In this document: positions 1 through 10,861 of the stretch, one piece after another
Layout: each line of letters starts with the position of its first letter
Numbering within the stretch: position 1 is the first letter of the stretch
Assembly (NCBI GenBank): GCA_030429145.1
Contig: JAUIDC010000001.1
Coordinates: 120,001 to 152,000 of the forward strand
Direction of reading: 5' to 3'
Length of the DNA: 32,000 nucleotides
From: Candidatus Saccharimonadota bacterium
GTDB lineage: Bacteria; Patescibacteriota; Gracilibacteria; Absconditabacterales; Absconditicoccaceae
Translations under genes and position numbers: made by a program
The notes under the pieces: generated by a model
Databases searched by the model: none
What the model was told of the DNA's origin: nothing
What the model saw: the letters and a program-made list of their open reading frames with translations, nothing else

Positions 1-288
1 CATGTCAGGTCACGTAAATCCTGACAACAACACTAGTTTCCTAATCTTCACACCCTTTCTCTCCAATGCTTTCATGGCCACTACTGCTCCAAGCGAATGT
101 CACACAAGGATAGTATTTACATTGAATTTTGCATTGTCGACGATAAATGAGATTTGTTCTTCCACATTTGGTTCGTCAGGATTTGGTAGTGGTGGATTGA
201 GTACGATACCACCTTTCGCTTCAAGTTCCTTCTTGAGCCATGGAATAAAGTTTGCGTCCGGTCTTCACTCAAAACCGTGAAGTATCAT
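1..288 (-). CDS. alpha/beta serine hydrolase, YdeN/RBBP9-like (partial, continues past the window start)
   Basis: Table-25 translation from Met 286-288 gives MILHGFEGRPDANFIPWLKKELEAKGG...NTILVGHSLGAVVAMKALE. It has the HGxxG oxyanion motif and a GHSLG nucleophile elbow. Three in-frame UGAs lie at 265-267, 100-102 and 10-12. It is in frame with secA and no stop separates them. Confidence 0.6.
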
Positions 289-2619
289 ATAGTTAGGAGT
301 TTTTTCTTCGAGTTCAAGCATCTCATCACGCTTGGTGTAGATACGCTGTCTTTGTTTATTGATCACCGAATCGTAGTCGAAGAGATGTTTACGGATAGAA
401 AAGTTCCATCCCTCCATCTGTTTCTGCGCACGGATAATTGATGATGAAAACTGTTTCTGTGTCAGTTCAAGATTTTCCAATTCCTCTCTTGAAAGAAGCA
501 TACCTGCAACGGATTGGATTCTCTCACCTCCCATCTTACGCATGATCTCATCATCAAGCGCTACGTAGAAGACTGACATACCTGGATCTCCCTGACGTCA
601 TGCACGACCTCTGAGCTGATTGTCGATACGACGTGATTCGTGTTTTTCCGTACCGAGGATAAACAATCCGTAATGAAGATTTTTTGACACTAGCCCTTCC
701 GTATTTCCATCAGCAGCTTTCACGTGAATTTTTGCAAACCACTGTGTTGGGATTTTTTTCGCTTTATTAAATGAGATCTCTATGTGCTTACCTGCTACAT
801 TGAGGATTCCCTGCTCTGCCGTACGAATCTGCTCATCGCTGAGACCCCACGTCTGTTTCATCGCTTCGATGGTAAAATCGAACTCTCTTTCAGAAAAGAC
901 AGTTGCCTTTACGTCGTGCGGAGCGACCTTGCCAAATGTATTTCATTGTAGTGTTTGGTCTATCCATTTGATATAGTTTGTAGCAATTTTCTCATTGAGT
1001 CACTTCTCAAGCTTGATGTCGGTACCACGTCATGCCATATTGGTTGCAACGACTACAGAACCAGACTTTCCAGCATTTGAGACGATCTCAGCCTCTTTCT
1101 CATGAAACTTTGCATTGAGTACGTAGTGCTGTACTTGGATTTTACGTAGGATCTCCGATACGAGCTCCGAAGTATGGATGCTCGACGTACCAATAAGGAT
1201 AGGCACTCCTGCATCATGGTAGAACTTGATCGCGTCTACGACCGCCTTCCACTTTGCATTTTGATTGAAGTAGACCTTATCATGCCAGTCTGCACGGATG
1301 ATTGGTCTGTTCGTCGGGATACTCAACACCTCAAGATCATAGATCTTTTCAAACTCTTCACCTTCAGTCGTCGCAGTACCTGTCATACCTGCCAGCTTAT
1401 TATACTGCTTGAAAAAATTCTGGTAGGTGATCGTTGCGAGAGTTTGCGACTCGCGCTGGATGGTCACACCCTCTTTTGCTTCTATAGCCTGATGGAGCCC
1501 CTCAGAATAACGACGTCATGGCATCGTACGTCCTGTGTGTTCATCTACAATCAGGATCTCACCATCATGCACAATATAGTCCTTATTGTTATGATAACAC
1601 GCCTGTGCCTTCAACGCATTTTCTATATGATGAATCTCATCAAAACCAAAATCTTTATACAAATTTTCTACTCCAAGGGTCTTCTCCAATTTCTCGATAC
1701 CCTGCCCACTGAGGGTCACATTTTTATTCTTCTCATCGATATAGTAGTCGCCATCTTCTACCTGTTCATCCTCTTTCTTTAACACCTCGGCTAAGAAACC
1801 TTTTGGTGTTTTCTTTTTTTGCGAACATGGCGTCAGTGTACGAACGATCTTTGAGTAGTAGTCATACTTCTCTGTCGGATCAGCCGAAGGCTGCGAGATG
1901 ATCAATGGCGTTCTCGCCTCATCGATCAAAATAGAGTCGACTTCGTCGACGATAGCAAAATTGAGCGGACGCCGTGTCACATTACGCTCAGAAAGCGAGC
2001 GAGTCAAATTGTCACGGAGATAGTCAAATCCGAGCTCTGAGTTTTCTACATAGGTAATATCTTTAGCATACTCGTCACGGCGCCCTTGAATCGGCGTCCC
2101 CTTCACGACTGAACCAGAAGAAAGACCAAGCCACTCATACAGGTGCCCCATCCATTCGCTGTCACGAGACGCGAGATAGTCATTTACCGTTACCACATGT
2201 ACACCTTTTCATTCCAGTGCATTGAGATAGACGGGAAGTGTTGCCACGAGCGTCTTACCTTCACCTGTCTTCATCTCAGCAATTCTTCCGTTGTGCAGCA
2301 CGATACCACCAAGAAGTTGCACATCATATGGCACCATATCCCAGACCTGCTTCTGTCCTTTCACATCGTACTCATTGCCTTTCATCCTTTTACATGCCTG
2401 TTTCACCGTAGCAAACGCCTCTGGCAAGATATCATCGAGCGTCTCTCCCTTTTTTAGTCTCTGTTTAAACTCAGGCGTCTTCGCCTTTATCTGCTCATCA
2501 CTGAGAGCATCCCACTCCTTATCTATTTCATTAATCTTTTTTACTATCGGAGCAAGCTTATTGAGCTGACGTTGGTTGTAATCACCTGCAATAGCTCCTA
2601 ATATTTTATTGAATACCAT
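289..2619 (-). CDS. secA: preprotein translocase ATPase SecA, C-terminally truncated, with no stop codon of its own
   Basis: Track ORFs 2209..2619, 1516..2196, 1030..1467, 598..861 and 265..579 are all in one frame, joined by UGA. Motifs seen: [14 protein letters not shown] (Walker A), [56 protein letters not shown] and NQLRGRA-G-RQGDPG. The ORF ends around ...[14 protein letters not shown], then runs directly into the hydrolase. Confidence 0.9.
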
Positions 2620-2634
2620 AAATAATTGAAAATT

Positions 2635-2692
2635 TATAAAATTAAAAATTGCAAATCCATATTGTTACTTTATGAACCTTTAATTTTTAATG
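2635..2692. repeat. AT-rich intergenic module, copy 1 (left arm TATAAAATTAAAAAT 2635-2649; right arm TTATGAACCTTTAATTTTTAATG 2670-2692)
   Basis: Same two arms as copy 3. The reverse complement of the left arm (ATTTTTAATTTTATA) ends 15 nt upstream of the secA ATG. Confidence 0.6.
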
Positions 2693-2694
2693 TA

Positions 2695-3033
2695 TTAGAG
2701 AATATCATCCCAAGAGTACCTACGGGTTTTTTCTTTGTCAGGGGTATAATACGCGAGCGCTTGTTTATAAGAAAATGATAATGAAGTTTTTTGTGTTACT
2801 ACCGTAATAAGCCCTCCTAGCAACAATGCCTCTGCAAGCAGCAACAAGATAGCATCGATAAGATCAGACTGTTTCAACAGCCCAAATGTCTGCTCGGTTT
2901 TGCCGGTCACCGCCTGCTGGATACCTTCGATCTTGGCAGGCAACTGCTGTCCTATTTCCGACTGCGCAAAAACCACGCTCCCTGTCCCAAGAAGCATCGC
3001 CAAAAACATATATGCGAGCAGTTTACGTTTCAT
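2695..3033 (-). CDS. hypothetical small secreted/membrane protein (112 aa)
   Basis: Intact ORF ending in TAA. N-terminal signal peptide MKRKLLAYMFLAMLLGTGSVVFA/QSE and one further hydrophobic segment (ILLLLAEALLLGGLITVV). Confidence 0.55.
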   Translation of the reverse strand: MKRKLLAYMFLAMLLGTGSVVFAQSEIGQQLPAKIEGIQQAVTGKTEQTFGLLKQSDLIDAILLLLAEALLLGGLITVVTQKTSLSFSYKQALAYYTPDKEKTRRYSWDDIL

Positions 3034-3074
3034 GGTGCTACTATATATATGTCTTTTGAGAAATCAATGTAAGA

Positions 3075-3106
3075 AAAAACCGCCCTTCTGATACAAAGGC
3101 GGCTTC
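3075..3106 (-). terminator. rho-independent terminator after the 3124..3636 gene
   Basis: Minus-strand RNA GCCGCCUUUGUAUCAGAAGGGCGG forms a GC stem and is followed by UUUUUU. Confidence 0.65.
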
Positions 3107-3123
3107 CATAGATAATGCTTCTG

Positions 3124-3636
3124 TTAGCTCATAGCATGTTTGACATGTAGATTTTCAGGATATTCCTCATCGATATTGAAGACCTCCTGAACAAGGTACT
3201 CGTTGTTGGCACGATTGATGGTATGATACTTGATTGCCATTTTACCTGATAGTAACAATGACAATGCCTCACCTGCCTGCATATAGTCGATATAACTTTG
3301 AGGAAAATGAATAGTCACTATCCTTTCGTTATGTCGAATATCTAAGACAATAGCTTGTATCTCTGGTTGCCCCTCTGTTTCATACGAACGAATGAACGCA
3401 TTGAAGTTTCCATCTTGCTTCAATTTTGACGCTGTTTGTTGATCAAGCGCAATCACTAAAGTCGGCAGAGGTTTACCATTGAGTATGATCAATGCTTCAA
3501 CGATAGAGCATATGATGATAATAAACCATGCGATCAGTGTCTCCGGTATCTGCGTATAAGCAAATAGCATAATAAGTGGAATAATAACGATAGCCACTTT
3601 CTGTGCGAAAGGTCTTCCCTGTGAATGTTGTTTCAT
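3124..3636 (-). CDS. hypothetical membrane protein (170 aa, two N-terminal TM segments)
   Basis: Intact ORF with a TAA stop. Hydrophobic segments VAIVIIPLIMLFAY and LIAWFIIIICSIVEALIIL. No family recognised. Confidence 0.55.
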   Translation of the reverse strand: MKQHSQGRPFAQKVAIVIIPLIMLFAYTQIPETLIAWFIIIICSIVEALIILNGKPLPTLVIALDQQTASKLKQDGNFNAFIRSYETEGQPEIQAIVLDIRHNERIVTIHFPQSYIDYMQAGEALSLLLSGKMAIKYHTINRANNEYLVQEVFNIDEEYPENLHVKHAMS

Positions 3637-3722
3637 AATGGATTTGTTTTTTGTTAACCCACCAACAATACCTCTGGTTAACAGAAAGTCAACCCTTTTT
3701 GAAAGAAAGTAATCTACAAGTA

Positions 3723-6530
3723 CTATTCCTCTATTTTATCTGAGTCGTCTTGTTGCTCGAGGAGCATATTTTTTGATGCAAGCGTAGATTGTCGCTCTTT
3801 TAATACAGCGATGACGGCATCTTTTATCAGCTCTTCTTCTTTCCAAGAAAATCCACCAAAATGCTTCATACCCAGAAGCATATAATAAAAGTCATGCAAC
3901 ACGATACCTTCGAGGTTTTCAACAATATAGTCGATGATCGACTGGGTTGTATTCTCTGTTTGGTCATTTTCCGCAATCTGATCTTCGACTAGTCTCTGTA
4001 GTTTACCTCATGGCAAAGCATTAACCTGCACTCGCTCCTCCACGAGAGACCTGAAAAACTTTTCTTTTAGTTGTTCTGTCTTTTGAAAGACAGAGATAAA
4101 CTCCGCGAGCAGATCCGCTGGCACACGTGCTTCTACCCAGTCAGCAAGATACCTCATCCTCGAGATACCAACCAGATAGTTTCCTGGATACTGTCCCGCA
4201 TAATTTTCTCTATTGATCGCAAAGTGCTCAACCGTCCTATTTTCTTCCTGATACCTTTTTGCCTCCCCTGGCTCCATCTGTTGTGCAATATACAATGCGA
4301 GAAATGTATGAAGATATGTCTCGATATCCTGAAACTCATCATAGACCTTTTCTATCTTTTTTTTGGTCTTACCTTGCAAATAACGTTCTATGATACCCAT
4401 ATTACGCTGTACTCATTTCGATATATGAGACTTTATATACTCAAAGTAGTTTTTATCTATCTGTTTTTTTCTCACGGGAATATCAGCAGCCCTCCCTCCA
4501 TATTTTTTGTAAAGTTTGCTGAGCGCATCCAATGACAAGTAGTCTTGATGGGTAACCGTCTGAGGACTCATCAATCTCTGTCTAGCTCCAAATAATACAT
4601 TATACAAAATATTTTTTCTTACCTCATCCCAAAATTTTCTTCTCTGCGTAGGGGACGGGATCATTCCTTTTACTACGGTAAAATAACCATCGGCAAAAAG
4701 GACTCACTGGTTCAGCAGTGTTTTCATCTTCGCAGGTGAAATAGTCGAAAAAGCTAAGAGTGAACCATATTTTTTCTTATTCTTTTTAAACTGTTTTCCG
4801 TATACCTCTACCAATTTTTGCGTAGCTTGTGATATGATCTGTGGACGGACAGCCTCTTCGCTACTGACATCAAGATCTTTTCCCTGTATCACCTGCTCTT
4901 TTCTACGAGCAACAAAATTCGCTTTTCTTTCTTTTGGGCTCTCCTGCACATAACCATCTTTATTTTCATCCCGATCCTTTATGATAGCATCTTCACCATA
5001 ACCAAGTTTTTTCATTGCCATGATAGGATTTCTCAGCCTATCAGGACCTCTACGATCTCTTGTTACTTTGCCATGATGTTCTGTCATCAAGACATTTCCA
5101 GTACGTAGATTGACAATTTCTTTTTGCAAAAGTGCTGTCAGTCCTGCTCTGAGCAGCTCCCTGAGCCCAGCAATACGTTCCTGTGATACACCATAGCTCG
5201 GCCCAGCTTTTTCTACTCATGAAACAATCAGATCAATATGTTCTCGGTTGATACCATACTCCTCAAAGTCAAAAGACTCAACAGTGAGATTTTCACACAA
5301 CTCAAAAAAACCGAGAACGAACTCTTTCTTAGCTTCATTACGAAGTTCATGAAGCTCCTGACGAGAAAAGGCAAATACTTCCTGCATCTTATGTGGACTC
5401 ATATCATTGTAGCGCACTTGTGCCTTTTCTTGAGACTTTATCATCTCAGCATATTTATTAATGTCTTTTCCTCTTCTAATAATATCTACTATCACATTTC
5501 TATCTCACGGTAACATCTTCTCCCAATAGTCTTTGTACCATGACATATAAGGAAGATTTTTTATCTTTTCTTTGATATCTGACTGTTCATCCGGCAAAAG
5601 TGTATCAAAGATATCTCACTGATCGGGCATATATGATGTAATATGCACAGATATATCCCTATATCACATCTGTCACTTCAATGCAGCCTTATAGCATTTA
5701 CTTATCTTCTCATGAAATAACACCTCAGTAGGATCTATCTCTTTGATAGCTATGTCTTTCCTTCGTAGCCCATGATAGAGCATACTTATACTAAATGAAT
5801 CAAGAATCTCCTTCTCCTCCCGTACGACATCCTCTGGATTATCATCCTTATTTGCTTTCGATCCATATGTAAAGCACCTTTGATAGTAGTATATTTTTTC
5901 TGTTTTTTTCAACTTTTCAAATCTATAATAGATCTCTGGATTGGTAATATGACCTAACTTAAACAACCTATATATCTCAGAATACTCTCTATCTGTGAGT
6001 ACTCTCTTTGGGATAATTTTTTCGTATTGTTCTATCAAAGAAAGTATAGCAGTCTCATACATATCCTTCGCCTCATGGACCTTAACAGAAAAAGATGTGA
6101 AAATATCACTAGCAGTTGTTAGGGCTGTTGAAGAAGCCTTCTCTGTTAACTCTTGTTCATTGATCAGTTTTTGCTGTTGTGCTCAGCGAAGCTGTGCCAT
6201 ATGTTGAGGTATCTCTTCAATATGAGATATATGGTTATCATCTAATACTTTCGTCAACCTATCTTCATATCCTCCATTTGCAGACATACCCGCACGGTAG
6301 TCGAGCCCCGTATGCCCAACATCGTGCAAGTGTTGTGCTTTCTCCTCTCTTTCATGACGCTCTTCCATTTGTTTTTTCTCCATGGCAGCCACTCTTTCCA
6401 TTTCTTTATTATACTCCTCCTCCGTTACTTTATACCAACCTCAAAACGGTGTTTCGATGTAGAAATTTCCATCGTCCTCCGGCTTTTCATCATAAAATCA
6501 CTCAAGATGTGAGGGGGTATTATTTGACAT
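3723..6530 (-). CDS. large orphan protein, 935 aa, no recognisable domain, no signal peptide or TM segment
   Basis: Track ORFs 6183..6401, 5673..6062, 5217..5495, 4704..5129, 4413..4664 and 4008..4400 share one frame (end coordinate mod 3 = 2). I translated every gap by hand and found it open. The only interruptions are 11 TGA codons (6498, 6441, 6183, 5673, 5664, 5616, 5505, 5217, 4704, 4413, 4008). ATG at 6528-6530 follows an in-frame TAA; the stop is TAG at 3723-3725. Confidence 0.8.
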
Positions 6531-6557
6531 CTTCTCTTATAGATAAACAGAACATGT

Positions 6558-6585
6558 ATAATATCTTTTATACAAAAAGAGTCAA
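6558..6585 (-). promoter_or_regulatory. sigma70-like promoter for the 935-aa ORF
   Basis: On the minus strand: TTGACT, 16-nt spacer, TATTAT. It lies about 28 nt upstream of the ATG at 6530. Confidence 0.45.
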
Positions 6586-6610
6586 TAGAAGCTCTCTTTC
6601 TTAAAAGAAC

Positions 6611-6639
6611 TTGGATTTTTTGATTGCAAAAACTATATA
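6611..6639 (+). promoter_or_regulatory. possible promoter for ftsK
   Basis: TTGGAT, 17-nt spacer, TATATA(AT). Weaker match than the others listed. Confidence 0.3.
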
Positions 6640-6686
6640 ATATGACTATAGGTAGTACATGGGTTTTACCAACTAATAATTTTAAG

Positions 6687-8855
6687 GTGGCAAGAAGGAG
6701 AAAAAAAACAACGAGAAAAAGGAGTAGTTTTGTCCTAGATAGAAAAAGAGTTGGAATTATTATGATTATAGTTTGAGCACTCTATTTCTTTTCGGTATCA
6801 TTTGCCCAGGGCTCTCCGATACTCGGCTTATTCAATAGGATCGTAACGTTGATCGTCGGTGCGATCGGTATACATATTTTTTTCGGTCTGATGATCATTG
6901 CAGGTCTATTGACGGTGATGAAACAGGAACTCAGTAAAACTATTATGAGACAGTTTATTTTATTGAGTATGGTTATCTCCGCGATCTTGAATTTCCCTGT
7001 ACTGGAAGAACAAAGTATCGCCTATCAAGACTACGGCGGATATATCGGCTGGCCGATATTGTGGATACTCCAGCGTGTGTTTGGAGAAAATCCGTTCGCT
7101 ATTAAGGCTATCATTGTAGCATTAGCTTTAGGTATTATTGCTTGGGTTATTTGGGCGTTTAATATACCAGTAAGGCTTCCTTCTATGTCGCTGAAAAGCT
7201 CTGGCAAGAAAACAACAAAGAGAAGAGCAAAGAAAGCTGTCGAAGAAGATGAGGAAGAAGAGTACGAGTATGAGGAGGAATACGAAGAAGAGGAAGAAGA
7301 AGCTCCAGCACCGGTTGTGACCAAAAAAGGTTCAGCGATTACCGATGGGCTGAAGTCTATGCTCAAAGATAAGATCCACAATAAGATCAAAGAGAAAGAG
7401 GTGCAGAAAGTGATTAAGTTTCCGAAAGATAAGCCAACATTTGATATTACACTTCTCGAAGATGGTGGTTCAAATACATTTGATGTAGATCAGTCATATC
7501 TCGAACAGAAGGCACTGGCTATCAAGGCAAAACTAGAAGAGTTTGATATACCGATTGATATCAAAGGATTTAATATTGGTCCATCGGTCGTACAGATAAA
7601 GGTTGCTCCTCAGGAAGGTATTAGAGTATCGGCTATTGAGAGCTATCAGAAAGATATTGCGCTTGCGTTGAAAACGAAGTCGCTGAGAATACTTGCACCG
7701 ATCCCCGGAACTGATGTGGTTGGTATCGAGATACCAAATCCGAAGCCACAGATGATCAGAGTGAGACAGATTCTCGGTAGCCCTGGTTTTGCAGAGAGCA
7801 TGAACAAAAATCTGACCAACCTCGTTCTCGGTATAGGTATAGATGGAAAACCACACACAAAGGCACTTGAAGAGATGCCTCACCTCCTCGTTGCTGGTGC
7901 GACTGGTTCAGGTAAGTCAGTAGGTGTAAACACGTTCATCCTTTCACTTATCTATCAGAACAGCCCATCTGAGCTGAAATTTTTGATGGTCGATCCAAAG
8001 CAGGTAGAACTGGGAATGTACGACGGCCTTCCATATCTCCTCGCACCAGTCGAAACTTCACCCGATAAGGCATTGAAGATATTGAAATGGACGGTTGCGG
8101 AGATGGAAAGAAGATATGGTCTGCTGAAAGAGTTTAGAGTAAGAAAACTTGATGAGTACAATAAGAAAGCTTCTGGCGAGCCACTACCTCGTATCGTTGT
8201 CGTGATAGACGAGTTGGCTGACCTGATGATGAATAGGAATACAAAGAAAGATACAGAAGCATGTATCACAAGGATCGCTCAAAAAGCACGTGCAGTAGGT
8301 ATTCATTTGATCGTTGCGACACAGAGACCATCGGTAGATGTGGTGACGGGACTGATCAAAGCGAACATCCCAACACGTATCGCCTTCTCTGTCGTTTCAC
8401 AGGTTGATTCGAGAACTATTCTTGATACAAAGGGTGCCGAAGAGCTACTTGGAAGATGAGACATGCTCTTTATGAGTGTGGATAGTAACCTCCCAGTTCG
8501 TCTGCAAGGCCCATTTGTCGATACTCCAGAGATCGAAGATATTGTCGATGCAATCAAAGATAAATATATGAAGGGTATCTCTGAAGATGACGTCTACGAC
8601 CAAGAACTTATGAACATCCTCTCTGGTAAGAATGTCGGTGCATGATCGATGTGATTTGGCGATGCTGGTGATGATGAAGAGCTTGTCCAACAGGCTACTG
8701 AAGTTATCAGACAAACAAGAAAAGCATCTGCTACTCTCCTCCAGCGCAAGCTCGGTGTATGATTTGCGCGTGCAGCAAGGATCATGGATATCTTAGAAGA
8801 ACGCGGCGTTGTTGGCCCTCAAGAAGGGGCTAAGCCAAGAGATATTTATCTGTAA
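6687..8855 (+). CDS. ftsK: DNA translocase FtsK/SpoIIIE
   Basis: One frame from 6687 to TAA at 8853-8855 with 5 in-frame UGAs. Basic N-terminus (M)[13 protein letters not shown] followed by TM segments and an acidic linker. Motifs: [12 protein letters not shown] (Walker A), [10 protein letters not shown] (Walker B), LLGR-G-DMLF, and a gamma-domain winged helix [28 protein letters not shown]. The start is uncertain: GTG 6687 is preferred, with ATG 6642 and ATG 6762 as alternatives. Confidence 0.9.
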
Positions 8856-8866
8856 ATTAAATATCC

Positions 8867-8906
8867 ATAAAATTAAAAATTATCAAATCTTAGTTTTTAA
8901 TTTTAT
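8867..8906. repeat. AT-rich intergenic module, copy 2: perfect 13-bp inverted repeat ATAAAATTAAAAA / TTTTTAATTTTAT with a 14-nt loop
   Basis: Read directly from the sequence. It starts 11 nt after the ftsK stop. Confidence 0.65.
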
Positions 8907-8928
8907 ATTTGAAATTTTATATTAGCAA

Positions 8929-8968
8929 GACCACTCCCCTACTCTACTGTATGGGTGGTCATTTTTTT
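8929..8968 (+). terminator. rho-independent terminator after ftsK
   Basis: GACCAC(T)CCC ... GGGTGGTC stem followed by ATTTTTTT. Confidence 0.65.
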
Positions 8969-9002
8969 GTGTGCAAGATTTTTTCGATCTTTTCAAAAAA
9001 CA

Positions 9003-9030
9003 TTGACTTATCTCCAATAAAATATAAAAT
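9003..9030 (+). promoter_or_regulatory. sigma70-like promoter for the 9068 gene
   Basis: TTGACT, 16-nt spacer, TAAAAT. Confidence 0.35.
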
Positions 9031-9067
9031 TTGCTTGCTAAAAACAAATATCAACTAAAAAATTCTT

Positions 9068-9598
9068 ATGGAAAACAAAAACTATATCTCGTTTGAGGAA
9101 TTTATTGCAAAGCTAAAAAGGCATAAAGCAAAAAAGTGGGTGGATCCTCTGAACAAGCTAAAAGATGAGGTTAAAATAAAAGACGAAAATATTAACCACT
9201 ATTTTACACCCCATAGTGAGACAAATCCAAACACATACTATACTCAGCGCCAAAGCTTGATAAAACAATATCTGCCCACAGTATTGCAAATTTTGGTTGC
9301 GTGTATAAAGAGACTATATGATCAATATGAACACGATCATGCGAGCATAAATACACATGCGAGTTCAACACAGGGAGATCCTACAATCAACTGTTTTGGA
9401 GTCCATTTATATGAGGGAAGATTCATACGTCTCGATTACATGAAGGAGACAACTGATTACTTCGGACATCCTAGAGAAGAGGTACATTTTATAGAGTTTC
9501 GTCTATACAACAATAAGAATAACGATGATCTTAATGTTTCTACTCGCATATACCTCTATATGCCAGAAGAGCATGCCCCTGAAATGATAGTTGTATAA
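9068..9598 (+). CDS. hypothetical protein (176 aa)
   Basis: Intact ATG-to-TAA ORF with no UGA. It is bracketed by its own promoter-like site and terminator. No family recognised. Confidence 0.55.
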   Translation: MENKNYISFEEFIAKLKRHKAKKWVDPLNKLKDEVKIKDENINHYFTPHSETNPNTYYTQRQSLIKQYLPTVLQILVACIKRLYDQYEHDHASINTHASSTQGDPTINCFGVHLYEGRFIRLDYMKETTDYFGHPREEVHFIEFRLYNNKNNDDLNVSTRIYLYMPEEHAPEMIVV

Positions 9599-9622
9599 AA
9601 ACACAAACAGTATATGTTAGTT

Positions 9623-9649
9623 AAGGTTCGTCATGACGAACCTTTTTTC
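9623..9649 (+). terminator. rho-independent terminator
   Basis: AAGGTTCGT-catg-ACGAACCTT hairpin followed by a T-run. Confidence 0.8.
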
Positions 9650-9717
9650 ATTTTCTCTTTTTTTACCAATCATTTTCTCTACTATGAGTTAATATTTATC
9701 AACTGCCAAGAAGAAAA

Positions 9718-10779
9718 ATGTTACTAAAATTAAACTCTATCATCCTCTATACGATACTTGCATTTGGTTTAGCACTTATTCTCTACCCAGTCTATATTAG
9801 GTTACTCAAAAGATTGAAGGCTGGGAAACTCCTTCGTGAAACAGCTGTTGGCGGAGGCATTGCAGAAATTTTTCAAAGACTTCATGGACATAAAGCCGGT
9901 ACGCCGACCATGGGAGGCGGCATGTTTCTCATCATCATGCTACTCATGGTGTGACTCTCGTTTGCACTCAGAGAGTTCGGTGTCATCAACAATGATCTCT
10001 GGGCAAGAGAAGAAACATATATTATCCTCTTTGGATTTTTCGGCATGGGAATCTGGGGACTCATCGACGACTATCTCAATATCAGATGAATTGGCAAAGG
10101 AAGAGGACTTCCAGCAAAACTTAAACTTGCCGGCATGGTTTGACTAGCAGCCTGGGTAAGTTACTGGTTCTTTGTAAAACTTGGTGTCTCTACGGTAAAC
10201 CTCTGGCCACTTCTCCCAAACACATTCATAGAGATTGGCATTCGATACCCTATCCTTACATTTTTCCTTACGTTGGCAATAACCAATGCGATCAACATTA
10301 CCGATGGACTAGATGGACTAGCAGGCGGCAAAATGGTCATCATACTCGGTATCCTCGCCATCGTCACATTTTCATACGGTTGGTACCTAGCGACCACTGT
10401 TATTGGCATCCTTGCAGGAGTGCTTATTGCATTCCTTTGGTTCAACATCAATCCTGCAAAAGTATTTATGGGAGACAGTTGAGCGCTTGCACTGGGAGGA
10501 ATCATATCTTCACTCCTCTATCTCCTCAACCTCAGAGAGTGATTTTTTGTCCCATTCATGATTCTCTTTTTGCTTTTCTGGATTGAACTTTTTAGTAGCG
10601 CTCTCCAAATTTTTCGAAAGAGAGTCTTTAAAAGAAAGCTTTTTTCTATTGCTCCTTTCCATCATTGGCTTGAACACAAAGGTCAAAAAGAATATACTAT
10701 CGTCATGAGATTTTGGATCATACAAGGAGTGCTTGCAAGTGTAACACTTATACTTGTATTCTACCAGCTCTATCAATAA
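9718..10779 (+). CDS. mraY: phospho-N-acetylmuramoyl-pentapeptide transferase MraY
   Basis: One frame with 5 in-frame UGAs. Motifs: HKAGTPTMGGGMF, NAINITDGLDGLAGG, FMGDS-G-ALALGG and APFHHWLE. Confidence 0.95.
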
Positions 10780-10788
10780 ATATCAAAT

Positions 10789-10850
10789 TATAAAATTAAA
10801 AATATAAAAATAAGATTGGTTTTCGATATTATGAACCTTTAATTTTGCAT
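10789..10850. repeat. AT-rich intergenic module, copy 3 (TATAAAATTAAAAAT 10789-10803; TTATGAACCTTTAATTTTGCAT 10829-10850)
   Basis: Both arms match copy 1. It lies between the mraY stop and the ATG at 10862. Confidence 0.6.
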
Positions 10851-10861
10851 TAGATTTGTAC

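Noticed and set aside
1174-1782. Long antisense ORFs in the track: 1174..1782 +, 7031..7390 -, 20449..20745 -, 24484..24948 -, 30334..30921 + and 31142..31588 -.
   Set aside because: Each overlaps a well-supported gene on the opposite strand (secA, ftsK, the SBP gene, the SLH protein gene, the 428-aa ORF, lgt). Their products are low-complexity or implausible. They are shadow ORFs.
265-2619. Strings of short same-strand ORFs (secA in 5 pieces, ftsK, mraY, the ABC exporter, pilC, serS, lgt and others) that look like pseudogenes or frameshifted, degraded genes.
   Set aside because: All pieces of each gene lie in the same reading frame and are separated only by TGA. The TGA positions align with conserved Gly residues. 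This is recoding (table 25), not gene decay.
3637-3722. 7-bp inverted repeat GTTAACC...GGTTAAC and a TTGACT hexamer in the spacer between the 935-aa ORF and the 3124..3636 gene.
   Set aside because: On the minus strand the hairpin is followed by an A-run instead of a T-run, so it is not a canonical terminator. The candidate -10 (ATTGTT) is poor, so I do not call it a promoter or a terminator.
6290-6330. HLHDVGHTG string near the N-terminus of the 935-aa ORF, as a possible HD-phosphohydrolase motif.
   Set aside because: It is a single short match without the other HD-domain residues (the upstream H and downstream D at proper spacing) that I could identify. That is not enough to assign a domain.
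7243-7310. GAA/GAG-rich repeat-like stretch encoding [22 protein letters not shown].
   Set aside because: It is a low-complexity acidic linker inside ftsK, between the membrane domain and the motor, and it is in frame. It is not a distinct repeat element or array.
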